From: Bacteroidaceae bacterium
Lineage (GTDB): Bacteria > Bacteroidota > Bacteroidia > Bacteroidales > Bacteroidaceae
Length of the DNA stretch: 64,000 nucleotides
Assembly: GCA_017645305.1 (NCBI GenBank)
Contig: JAGCPD010000002.1
Location: forward strand, 71,104-135,103
Reading direction: 5' to 3'
The position numbers and the translations under genes were made by a program. Of this stretch, positions 45,924 to 53,880 are shown piece after piece. Every line of letters starts with the position of its first letter. Positions within the stretch are counted from its first letter, which is position 1. Below the pieces are notes generated by a model. That model did not search any database and was not told the origin of the DNA. It was given only the letters and a program-made list of their open reading frames with translations.

Positions 45924-46943
45924 TCATAATTTCTTTTTGTTTAGCGCTCTCCACCTCCCACTCAACCACGGGATTCGCTCTATCAGAGGTACCATCCAGG
46001 TACACAGGCAAAAGACCGCAGGAATAAGGATGAAGACCTCTTCAGGTCTGTTCCAGATACTACGACCAAAACTCAAATGCATGAACTTATAGAAATAAAG
46101 CATAGGGTAATGCGAGATAAAATACACCATACTATGCTCACCTATATAGCAAATGACGGGAATCCTTGGCAGATTCATACAGGACAAAGCGCCCGCCAGT
46201 CCACATATAATCAGCACCATATTCAATACCGTTACGGGGAAATTGCCCTTAAAGTCATTGACTGACATGGTATATTCTCCATGCCAGACTACGTTTAAAA
46301 TCACAAAGGCAACAATCATTGACACGGAAACACAAAGCACGGAAGAGCGGGAACAGTGCTTCATGACATACTTCCATAACATTCCCAAATAGAAGAAAAA
46401 GACACCCATGAACACGTTATTGACACTCATCCACAACGGATTTCCCTTTAGGAAAAGGAGATATCCCACAAGCGGGAAGAGGACAACCGCCCAATGCAAC
46501 CCTTTTATCTTCTCCACAAAATGAACCACCAGATAAGTGACGAAAAAGGAGAACAGGAACCAGGTTGGCCTATTGCCGTAGAAACTGCTTGTCTGCCAGA
46601 TATGATTCCAGGCCAAGGGCTCTATAGGATTATGGTATTTCTCTAACATGACGGGCAAGAAAGAGAAGTATATCACCATTCCTATTATGCCCGATGACAT
46701 ATAAGGTATAAAAAGGCGCTTGGTACGGTCTATGATATACTCACCTGTCGGCCTGTCACTCACGCCCTTGTTGAAAAAACCCGCTTTGAAGAAGAAGAAA
46801 GACATGAAGTAGAAACTCCACTCCATAACAAGCGTCCACCACCGAACCTCTCCCATTCCACAGAAGTCCATAACGTGAAGACTTATCATACGGATGATGC
46901 AAAGTCCGCACAGGAAGTCGAAGGTATGATTCCTATTCTTCAT
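45924..46943 (-). CDS. Acyltransferase family 3 membrane protein
   Basis: The ORF-track start at 46952 is a GTG. I use the ATG at 46943 (MKNRNHTFDFLCGLCIIRM). It is paralogous to 46933-47961 and to the N-terminal half of 3107-5284. Confidence 0.8.
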   Translation of the reverse strand: MKNRNHTFDFLCGLCIIRMISLHVMDFCGMGEVRWWTLVMEWSFYFMSFFFFKAGFFNKGVSDRPTGEYIIDRTKRLFIPYMSSGIIGMVIYFSFLPVMLEKYHNPIEPLAWNHIWQTSSFYGNRPTWFLFSFFVTYLVVHFVEKIKGLHWAVVLFPLVGYLLFLKGNPLWMSVNNVFMGVFFFYLGMLWKYVMKHCSRSSVLCVSVSMIVAFVILNVVWHGEYTMSVNDFKGNFPVTVLNMVLIICGLAGALSCMNLPRIPVICYIGEHSMVYFISHYPMLYFYKFMHLSFGRSIWNRPEEVFILIPAVFCLCTWMVPLIERIPWLSGRWRALNKKKL

Positions 46944-47961
46944 TTGCAACACATTTTTGTTTTTTAGGCCATCTGCCGCTTAACCAAGGAACACGCTCTA
47001 CGTAAGGAACCAGCCAGGTGCAGATGCTGATTATCAGGATGAAGACCAGTATGAAGTCATCCCAATGCTTGTTCATCCCCCTGCCTGCAACAGCATGTAC
47101 CATACTGTAATACAGCAGGATGGGATAATGCAGCACAAAGTAAACCATAGAATGCTCTCCCACATAAGCCACAAAAGGCAAACGGAAAGAAGGCAATGCC
47201 AAAAGTATGCCGGAAATGCCACACAACGCACAAGTGATATTCACTACTGCCCCCCAAGGACGATGCACCCAGTGGTTCAGACTCATATCATATTCACCGT
47301 GCCAGTAATGGTTTCCGAGCAGAAAGACAATCAGCAAGACCGAGGAAACGAACAGGAAAACCTGCTTCGTCCCCCGCAACTGTAACCAATGCCAGCATTT
47401 GCCCAAATAGAAAAAATAAACGCCCATAAAGACATTACCCAGGCTCATAGGTAGCTTAACATTTTTGTCTATCAGTACCCAGCTGACAAACGGAAACAGC
47501 AAGGCAAGATATGCCAGATAAGGAACTTTCTGCATGAAATGCACCACTATATACATGCAAAAGAAGGAAAACAGAAACCATACAGGCGGATTGCCGTAGA
47601 AATGGCTCTGCATCCAGACATGGCTCCATGCCAGCTTGTCCCAATACCGATGCAACTGGTCGGGAAAAAGCAGCAGCAGGCCGAAATACAGAGCACTGCC
47701 TATTGCACCCCATGCCAGATAAGGAATAAACAAACGCTTAAACTTATCCTTCAGAAAGAATTTGGTGGGAGCCGAAATGCTTTTGTTGAAATAACCTGCC
47801 TTGAAAAAGAAGAAGCAAATGAAAAAAAATGTCCACGCCATCAGCTTGTCGAACCAAAACGTGCATCCCCGGAATCCGCACATACTGACACAATGCAGGA
47901 TAATCATCCTAAGAATACAGAGTCCGCACAGCAGGTCAAAAGCATGATTTCTCTCTTTCAT
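46933..47961 (-). CDS. Acyltransferase family 3 membrane protein
   Basis: The ORF-track start at 47976 is a GTG. I use the ATG at 47961 (MKERNHAFDLLCGLCILRM). Confidence 0.8.
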   Translation of the reverse strand: MKERNHAFDLLCGLCILRMIILHCVSMCGFRGCTFWFDKLMAWTFFFICFFFFKAGYFNKSISAPTKFFLKDKFKRLFIPYLAWGAIGSALYFGLLLLFPDQLHRYWDKLAWSHVWMQSHFYGNPPVWFLFSFFCMYIVVHFMQKVPYLAYLALLFPFVSWVLIDKNVKLPMSLGNVFMGVYFFYLGKCWHWLQLRGTKQVFLFVSSVLLIVFLLGNHYWHGEYDMSLNHWVHRPWGAVVNITCALCGISGILLALPSFRLPFVAYVGEHSMVYFVLHYPILLYYSMVHAVAGRGMNKHWDDFILVFILIISICTWLVPYVERVPWLSGRWPKKQKCVANEE

Positions 47962-47965
47962 AATG

Positions 47966-47973
47966 CAAAAGTA
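47966..47973 (-). promoter_or_regulatory. -7 box TACTTTTG, 4 nt before the ATG at 47961 (possible leaderless transcript)
   Basis: The plus strand reads CAAAAGTA at 47966-47973. Confidence 0.4.
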
Positions 47974-47998
47974 CACAAAAATCGTATAATTGGTACAA

Positions 47999-48029
47999 TT
48001 ATGAATTACGAATTATGAATTATGAATTA
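47999..48029. repeat. Heptamer array (TTATGAA/TTACGAA)x4 between divergent promoters
   Basis: ttatgaa ttacgaa ttatgaa ttatgaa tta. Confidence 0.9.
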
Positions 48030-48036
48030 AATTATT

Positions 48037-48044
48037 TACCTTTG
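48037..48044 (+). promoter_or_regulatory. -7 box TACCTTTG, 4 nt before the ATG at 48049 (possible leaderless transcript)
   Basis: tacctttg cagc ATG. Confidence 0.4.
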
Positions 48045-48048
48045 CAGC

Positions 48049-49065
48049 ATGAAACAAGCACTTGTGGACGTTTCCGTCCTGATTTTATTCTTCAACCGCC
48101 CCGAACCGTTGAAGCAGGTTTTTGCACAAGTGCAGAAAGCACGACCTGCCCGGCTATTCCTGTATCAGGACGGCCCCCGCTCTGAAAAAGACATGGAGGG
48201 TATCCTTGCATGCAGGGAAGTTGTCGGCCAGATAGACTGGGACTGCGAGGTTCATCAGTTGTACCAAGAGCGCAACTATGGATGCGACCCCTCTGAGTTT
48301 ATCTCACAGAAATGGGCTTTCAGCCAAACAGAGAAGTGCGTGGTGCTGGAAGATGATGACGTACCTGCCGTTTCGTTCTTCGCCTTCTGCAAAGAGATGC
48401 TCGACCGTTATGAGAACGATGAGCGCATTACCATGATTTCCGGATTTAACGTAGAAGAACAGACCAACGATGTAAAAGAGGATTATTTCTTCTCTACAAA
48501 CTTCAGCATCTGGGGGTGGGCTTCATGGAGAAGGGTCGTTGACCAATGGAACGAGCACTATACATGGATGGACGATGAACAAGCGGTAGCCCAAATTAAG
48601 ACTGTTATCAAGGAACGGGGATACCGCAACGACTTCCTGCCTATGTGTGAACAACACAGGGCACAAGGCAAAGCGTTCTACGAGACCATCTTCTGGGCAC
48701 ATCTGCTGATGAGCAACGGGCTCTGCATTGTCCCCCGCCGCAATATGATAAACAATCTGGGTGCCACAGCCGGCAGCACTCATTTTGGCGGGTCGCTTGA
48801 GACGATGCCACATGGATATCGCCGTATCTTTACCATGAAGAGGTTTGAACAGGAAACACCCGTCCAACATCCTGCGTACATAATGGAGCACATTGCATAC
48901 CGCAAAAGAGCCTACAAAATTATGGGATGGATGAATCCGTGGATAAAGATCGGCCGCTCTTTTGAAGAACTGTTCCTGAACCTGCGCTACGGCAATTTCC
49001 GTTTCATCTTCCAATCTCTGAACAAACGCATCCTTAAATGGATGGGAAAGACAGCATACAAATGA
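48049..49065 (+). CDS. Putative GT-A fold glycosyltransferase (GNT-I-like)
   Basis: N-terminal VSVLILFFNRPEPLKQVF and the acidic DxD-like VVLEDDDV. The family call is tentative. Confidence 0.55.
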   Translation: MKQALVDVSVLILFFNRPEPLKQVFAQVQKARPARLFLYQDGPRSEKDMEGILACREVVGQIDWDCEVHQLYQERNYGCDPSEFISQKWAFSQTEKCVVLEDDDVPAVSFFAFCKEMLDRYENDERITMISGFNVEEQTNDVKEDYFFSTNFSIWGWASWRRVVDQWNEHYTWMDDEQAVAQIKTVIKERGYRNDFLPMCEQHRAQGKAFYETIFWAHLLMSNGLCIVPRRNMINNLGATAGSTHFGGSLETMPHGYRRIFTMKRFEQETPVQHPAYIMEHIAYRKRAYKIMGWMNPWIKIGRSFEELFLNLRYGNFRFIFQSLNKRILKWMGKTAYK

Positions 49066-50198
49066 AAGTCCTCTTGGTTAGTACCAGTGACCGGATAGGC
49101 GGAGGTGCCATTGCTGCCTACCGGCTTATGGAAGCCCTGAACAACAACGGCGTTAAGGCTAAGATGCTGGTACGCGACAAGATTTCATCCTCTGTTACTG
49201 TGACCCAGATAGGAACAAAAATCCCTAAGATTCTGGAACGACTGCAAATTATGTCACACCTTAAAGGCAAACAGTGGCAGGCAGATACGGCCGACTTCGG
49301 CATCGACATAACAAAGACTGAAGAATATAAAGAGGCTGACATCATTCACCTGCATTGGATTAACCAGGGAATGGTTTCACTTTCCTGTCTGACGCGAATG
49401 ATTAAAGACGGTAAGAAGATTGTCTGGACGCTGCATGACGAATGGCCTTACTTGGGAATCTGTCACTACAGAGGCGAATGCCAGGAAACCGAATGCAGGA
49501 AATGTCCCCTCCTGCCGGGCAGCATAGCACACAGGCACTACCTCAGAAAGCAGGAACTATATAAAAAAGGAAATATCACCTTTGTTGGATGCAGCCAATG
49601 GATAACAGAAAGAGCACGGCAGGCTATGCCGGATGCCCAGGTGGTTCATATTAACAACTGCATTCCCCACAACATATTCCGTTACACAGACCAACAGGAA
49701 GCCCGCAAGAAACTGAACCTCCCCAAGAATAAGAAAATCGTTCTCTTCTGCTCGCAGAACCTGAACGACGAACGCAAAGGCTACACCTACCTGCTGCAAG
49801 CCCTGGAAAACCTTTCAACTTTCAACCATCAACTTTCAACTATATGTGTGGGCAAAGGTGCCACGTACATCAATAGCCAGGAAGAGATGGCTGCCATGTA
49901 TGCCGCAGCGGATGTTTTCGTAACCCCCAGCCTACAAGATAATCTGCCCAACACCATAGCGGAAGCAATGTCGTGCGGAACACCCTGCGTAGGTTTCCAG
50001 GTAGGAGGCATACCAGAGATGATAGATCATCTGCAGAATGGTTATGTTGCCAAATACAAAGATGTTGCCGATTTGGCAGAGGGCATACAATATGTACTTT
50101 CCCATGATTTGCGCAAAGCGGCTCTCCACAAGGCTGCATCGGCTTATGGCGAAACTCATGTGGCCCAAAAATATATTAACGTATATGAATCCAGATAA
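49062..50198 (+). CDS. Glycosyltransferase family 4 (GT-B)
   Basis: I start at MKVLLVSTSDRIGGG (ATGA overlap with the upstream stop). C-terminal ..GFQVGGIPEMIDHLQNGYV.. is the E-x7-E type block. Confidence 0.85.
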   Translation: MKVLLVSTSDRIGGGAIAAYRLMEALNNNGVKAKMLVRDKISSSVTVTQIGTKIPKILERLQIMSHLKGKQWQADTADFGIDITKTEEYKEADIIHLHWINQGMVSLSCLTRMIKDGKKIVWTLHDEWPYLGICHYRGECQETECRKCPLLPGSIAHRHYLRKQELYKKGNITFVGCSQWITERARQAMPDAQVVHINNCIPHNIFRYTDQQEARKKLNLPKNKKIVLFCSQNLNDERKGYTYLLQALENLSTFNHQLSTICVGKGATYINSQEEMAAMYAAADVFVTPSLQDNLPNTIAEAMSCGTPCVGFQVGGIPEMIDHLQNGYVAKYKDVADLAEGIQYVLSHDLRKAALHKAASAYGETHVAQKYINVYESR

Positions 50199-50991
50199 AG
50201 TTGCAAATACAACACTCCCGCTTATAACCATAGCTACTGTCACCTATAATGCCGAGGCTACCCTGCAACGCACATTAGACAGTGTGATGTCGCAGGACTA
50301 TGCCCGTATCGAGCATCTTATCATTGACGGGCTGTCCACCGATAAAACACTCAGCCTTGTCCAGCGGTATGTGGAGCAGAACAACAACAGACACCAGATA
50401 CGCTTGTCGAGCGAACCCGACGAGGGACTTTATGATGCGATGAACAAGGCGCTGGTGCAGGCTACCGGCGAATATATTGTTTTCCTGAATGCAGGAGACA
50501 AACTGCACAGTCAGGACACCATTTCAAAAGTAGTGGAATGTGCGGGATGGAGGAAAGGCAACAATGGCAATCCTGCCATTTTGTACGGTGAGACGGATTT
50601 GGTGGATAACGAGGGAAAGTTTATCCGTCACAGGCGCTTAAAAGCTCCCAAAGTCCTGACGTGGAAAAAATTCCTCAGCGGAATGCGCGTTTGTCATCAG
50701 TCGTTCTACGTCCGTACAGATTTGGCAAGAAGTGAAAGCTACAATCTCAGCTACCGTTATTCTGCCGACTATGACTGGTGCATTCGCATCATGAAGAAAG
50801 CAGCCAAACGAAGAATACCCATTAAGAATACCGGTCAGATTCTTACTGATTACCTGAGCGAGGGAATGACCACCAAGAATCACCGAAAATCCCTCATGGA
50901 ACGCCTTCGCCTTATGGCCAGGCATTACGGATGGGGGCCCGCCATTACGGCACACTGCTGGTTTGTTATAAGAGCCGTCATCAAGAGATAA
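50185..50991 (+). CDS. Glycosyltransferase family 2
   Basis: I start at MNPDKVANTTLPLITIATVTYNAEATL. The ORF-track start at 50038 lies inside the previous gene. ..IIDGLSTD.. and ..FLNAGD.. are present. Confidence 0.85.
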   Translation: MNPDKVANTTLPLITIATVTYNAEATLQRTLDSVMSQDYARIEHLIIDGLSTDKTLSLVQRYVEQNNNRHQIRLSSEPDEGLYDAMNKALVQATGEYIVFLNAGDKLHSQDTISKVVECAGWRKGNNGNPAILYGETDLVDNEGKFIRHRRLKAPKVLTWKKFLSGMRVCHQSFYVRTDLARSESYNLSYRYSADYDWCIRIMKKAAKRRIPIKNTGQILTDYLSEGMTTKNHRKSLMERLRLMARHYGWGPAITAHCWFVIRAVIKR

Positions 50992-51051
50992 AGCCTCGCC
51001 CCTAACCCTCCACCGTGAGGAAGGGGAACTGAAGTAAATGAGATTAAACAG

Positions 51052-51096
51052 CTAAAGTCTAAGGTCTAAAGTCTAAAGTCTAAAGTCTAAAGTCTA
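51052..51096. repeat. Heptamer array (CTAAAGT)x6
   Basis: ctaaagt ctaaggt ctaaagt x4, ending 6 nt before the proC ATG. Confidence 0.95.
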
Positions 51097-51102
51097 TAAA
51101 TA

Positions 51103-51879
51103 ATGAAAGTAGCAATAATAGGAGCAGGAAACATGGGAGGAGCCACAGCCAGAGGCTTGGCACAAAGCAAACATGTTGATGCAAAAGATATTTTTATCAG
51201 TAATCCCAGCAAAGGTAAGCTGGATGCCATCAAGGCCGAATTTCCCGAGATAAACGTCACACAAGACAACAAAGAATGTGTCAAAGAGGCAGATATGGTC
51301 ATCCTGGCTGTCAAGCCTTGGAAGATTGAGGACGTAGCCTGGGAAATAGCTACACACCTGAAAAACGGTAACGTTATTCTGGGCAGTATGGCAGCAGGCA
51401 CAAGCACAGAAAAAATAGAAAACCTGTTTGGTCAGCACCCCATCTACATTATCATCCCCAACACCGCCATTGCAGTTCGTCAGAGCATGACCTTTATTGC
51501 CCGTAAGAATACCACCCCACAGATGGACAGCGACATCCTGACCATCTTCAAGGAGTTGGGAGAAGCCATGATTATAGAGGAACGGCAGATGGGGGCAGGG
51601 ATGGCCCTTGCCAGTTGTGGCATTGCATACGCCATGAGGTACATCCGCGCTGCTATGGAAGGAGGCGTAGAACTGGGTATGTATGCAAAGGATGCGCAAC
51701 ATATAGTTGAACAGACTCTCTTGGGGGCTGTAGAGTTGTTACGGGCAAACAACAGTCACCCTGAGGAAGAGATAGACCGCGTAACAACCCCCGGAGGCAT
51801 TACCATCCGCGGACTGAATGCGATGGAAGAGAACGGTTTCACTAACAGCGTTATTAAAGGTCTGAAGGCAAGCAAATGA
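51103..51879 (+). CDS. proC: Pyrroline-5-carboxylate reductase
   Basis: MKVAIIGAGNMGGA Rossmann start and the C-terminal ..VTTPGGITI.. block. Confidence 0.9.
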   Translation: MKVAIIGAGNMGGATARGLAQSKHVDAKDIFISNPSKGKLDAIKAEFPEINVTQDNKECVKEADMVILAVKPWKIEDVAWEIATHLKNGNVILGSMAAGTSTEKIENLFGQHPIYIIIPNTAIAVRQSMTFIARKNTTPQMDSDILTIFKELGEAMIIEERQMGAGMALASCGIAYAMRYIRAAMEGGVELGMYAKDAQHIVEQTLLGAVELLRANNSHPEEEIDRVTTPGGITIRGLNAMEENGFTNSVIKGLKASK

Positions 51880-52787
51880 AACTGACGGACAGAGTATTGC
51901 AAACAATGAAATCAACCGACACGGAAAGCCGGTTCGAACTCTACGTTACCCGCACACCAGGCTTCCTGTGGGCACTGCTGTTCCAGAAGCTGGGCATTCA
52001 TCCCATAGCGGTTACGCTCATGAGTATCATTATCGGGGCTGCCAGCGGATACTTTTTCTATCTTCCCGACCTAAGGATGAACATCATTGGAGTTTTCCTC
52101 CTGATTTGGGCCAACTGGTACGACTGCGCCGACGGACAGTTAGCCCGTATGACAGGGAAAAAAACGCTTATCGGCCGTATTCTTGATGGGTTTGCCGGTG
52201 ATGTCTGGTTTTTCTGTATCTATCTTGGCATCTGTCTGAGGCTGACACCGGAATGGGGTATATGGGTATGGCTCCTGGCAGCATGGTCGGGACTCCGTTG
52301 TCACGGACGGCAATGCGCCATAGGCGACTACTACAGAAACATTCACCTATGGTTCTTCCTGGGGGAGAATGGAAGCGAGTTTGTTACCAGCCAACAAGAA
52401 AAGGAGGAATACCAGAGCCTGAAATGGCAGAGCCGGGAATGGTTTCATAAGTTATACCTATTCTTTTATATAAGATATACAAAGAGTCAGGAAGACCAGA
52501 CACCCAGCTTCCAGAAACTCTTCCATGCCATTCAGGACAGGCTGGGCGGAACAGTTTCTGCCGACATGAGGCAGCGCTTCCGTCAAGACAGCCTTCCGCT
52601 GATGCCTATCACGAACATTCTCACTTTCGACACAAGAGCCGGCGTTCTGTTCCTCTCTGTCTTAATTGGAATGCCATGGATATATTTTGTGTTCGAAGCA
52701 ACTGCATTGGAAATCCTCCGTTACTGGATGATACACAGACACGAAACCTTCTGTCAGAAATACCTTAAAGAGATAATGAACAATTAA
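51876..52787 (+). CDS. CDP-alcohol phosphatidyltransferase family membrane protein
   Basis: Full signature DCADGQLARMTGKKTLIGRILDGFAGD (D-x2-DG-x2-AR-x8-G-x3-D-x3-D). ATGA overlap with proC. Confidence 0.8.
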   Translation: MKLTDRVLQTMKSTDTESRFELYVTRTPGFLWALLFQKLGIHPIAVTLMSIIIGAASGYFFYLPDLRMNIIGVFLLIWANWYDCADGQLARMTGKKTLIGRILDGFAGDVWFFCIYLGICLRLTPEWGIWVWLLAAWSGLRCHGRQCAIGDYYRNIHLWFFLGENGSEFVTSQQEKEEYQSLKWQSREWFHKLYLFFYIRYTKSQEDQTPSFQKLFHAIQDRLGGTVSADMRQRFRQDSLPLMPITNILTFDTRAGVLFLSVLIGMPWIYFVFEATALEILRYWMIHRHETFCQKYLKEIMNN

Positions 52788-52925
52788 CAATTAATAATTA
52801 ACAATTAATAATTTCACTAACCGCTAACCCTTTTTCAATTAACAATTAACGATTAACAATTAACCTCCCCAAAAGGGTTTTGGTTTTCGTTATCGTTTTC
52901 GTTAAATTCCGCTAACCGCTAACCA
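52779..52925. repeat. Mosaic array (AATTAAC heptamers, CTAACCG, GTTTTCGTTATC hexamers); starts inside the last codons of the upstream CDS
   Basis: It shares the 27-bp string ctaaccctttttcaattaacaattaac with 5281-5307. Confidence 0.95.
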
Positions 52926-52928
52926 ATA

Positions 52929-53642
52929 ATGAAGAACGACAAACATATAGCTCTGTTACTTGCCGGCGGCAAATCATCAAGAATGAATACCAATCGCCCC
53001 AAGCAGTACCTTGAGGTAAACGGAGAAAGCGTCCTCAAGCATACAATGAGAGCCTTTCAGACTCATCCGCTCATACAAGACATCTATGTGGTATGTGCCC
53101 GAGGCTGGGAGGAGACAGTGTGCGACGAGGCTCAGAGCGGTGAAATCACCAAGTTCCGCCACACAATAATCGGAGGGGAAACATCCTTCCAATCCCTAAA
53201 GAACGGTATCATGTATCTGCTGCAAGAAGGAAAAGACCTGGAGTCCATTGTTCTTGTTCACGATGCTGTACGGCCGCTCATCAGTCAGGATGTCATCAGC
53301 CGTAACATTGCCGTTTGTCTGACACACGGGAATGCCATAACTGCCGTACGCAGTCAGGAAGCCTTCCTTGTCAGCGATGACGGAAGCTGTAGCAACAGCT
53401 ATATACCCCGCGAGAATCTGCTGCGTGCACAGACCCCTCACACCTTCCCGTTAAAAACGCTGAAAGAGATGATGGAGAAAACCAACAAGTGCGGAATCTC
53501 CAAGTCCCAGTCGCTCTTCACCCTGGCCAACGAGCTGGGCTTCCTGCCCCTTCACATAGCACAGGGCGACATCATGAACTTCAAGCTTACCTACCCCAAC
53601 GACATCCTTATCTACCAGGCTCTGAAGACGCTGGAAGAATAA
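52929..53642 (+). CDS. IspD/TarI-family cytidylyltransferase
   Basis: N-terminal LLLAGGKSSRM..PKQYL. 237 aa. I cannot tell from sequence alone whether it is MEP-pathway IspD or a ribitol-phosphate type enzyme. Confidence 0.75.
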   Translation: MKNDKHIALLLAGGKSSRMNTNRPKQYLEVNGESVLKHTMRAFQTHPLIQDIYVVCARGWEETVCDEAQSGEITKFRHTIIGGETSFQSLKNGIMYLLQEGKDLESIVLVHDAVRPLISQDVISRNIAVCLTHGNAITAVRSQEAFLVSDDGSCSNSYIPRENLLRAQTPHTFPLKTLKEMMEKTNKCGISKSQSLFTLANELGFLPLHIAQGDIMNFKLTYPNDILIYQALKTLEE

Positions 53643-53703
53643 ACCCTGACGCAAATAAGGTATCATCTAATTCGCTACGCACCCACTTTTCCTTGATATA
53701 CCA

Positions 53704-53746
53704 AGGATATAGCTAGGATATACCTACGATATAGCTACGATATAGC
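53704..53746. repeat. 11-bp tandem repeat x4 (AGGATATAGCT-like)
   Basis: aggatatagct aggatatacct acgatatagct acgatatagc. Confidence 0.9.
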
Positions 53747-53790
53747 AAAACCGTTTTAGACTTTAGGCGTTAGACTTTAGTAACCAAAAC
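53747..53790. repeat. Copy of the AAAACCGTTTTAGACTTTAGGCGTTAGACTTTAG module
   Basis: A 34-bp string is identical to 31284-31317. Confidence 0.9.
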
Positions 53791-53813
53791 GCAGAAGGGA
53801 CTGGGAAAAGAAG

Positions 53814-53849
53814 AAAAAAAAGAACCCCGCAGCATATACTGCAGGGTTC
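53814..53849 (-). terminator. Intrinsic terminator of rpoC
   Basis: The minus strand has an 11-bp stem (one mismatch) GAACCCTGCAG / CTGCGGGGTTC with a 6-nt loop, followed by T8, 32 nt after the rpoC stop. Confidence 0.75.
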
Positions 53850-53880
53850 TCTTTTCTATGAATTAACCGTTTACAGATTA

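Noticed and set aside
51103-51879. proC as a pathway-specific reductase of the adjacent glycan or headgroup genes.
   Set aside because: The sequence looks like an ordinary full-length ProC. Only the translational coupling is notable, and that is reported separately.
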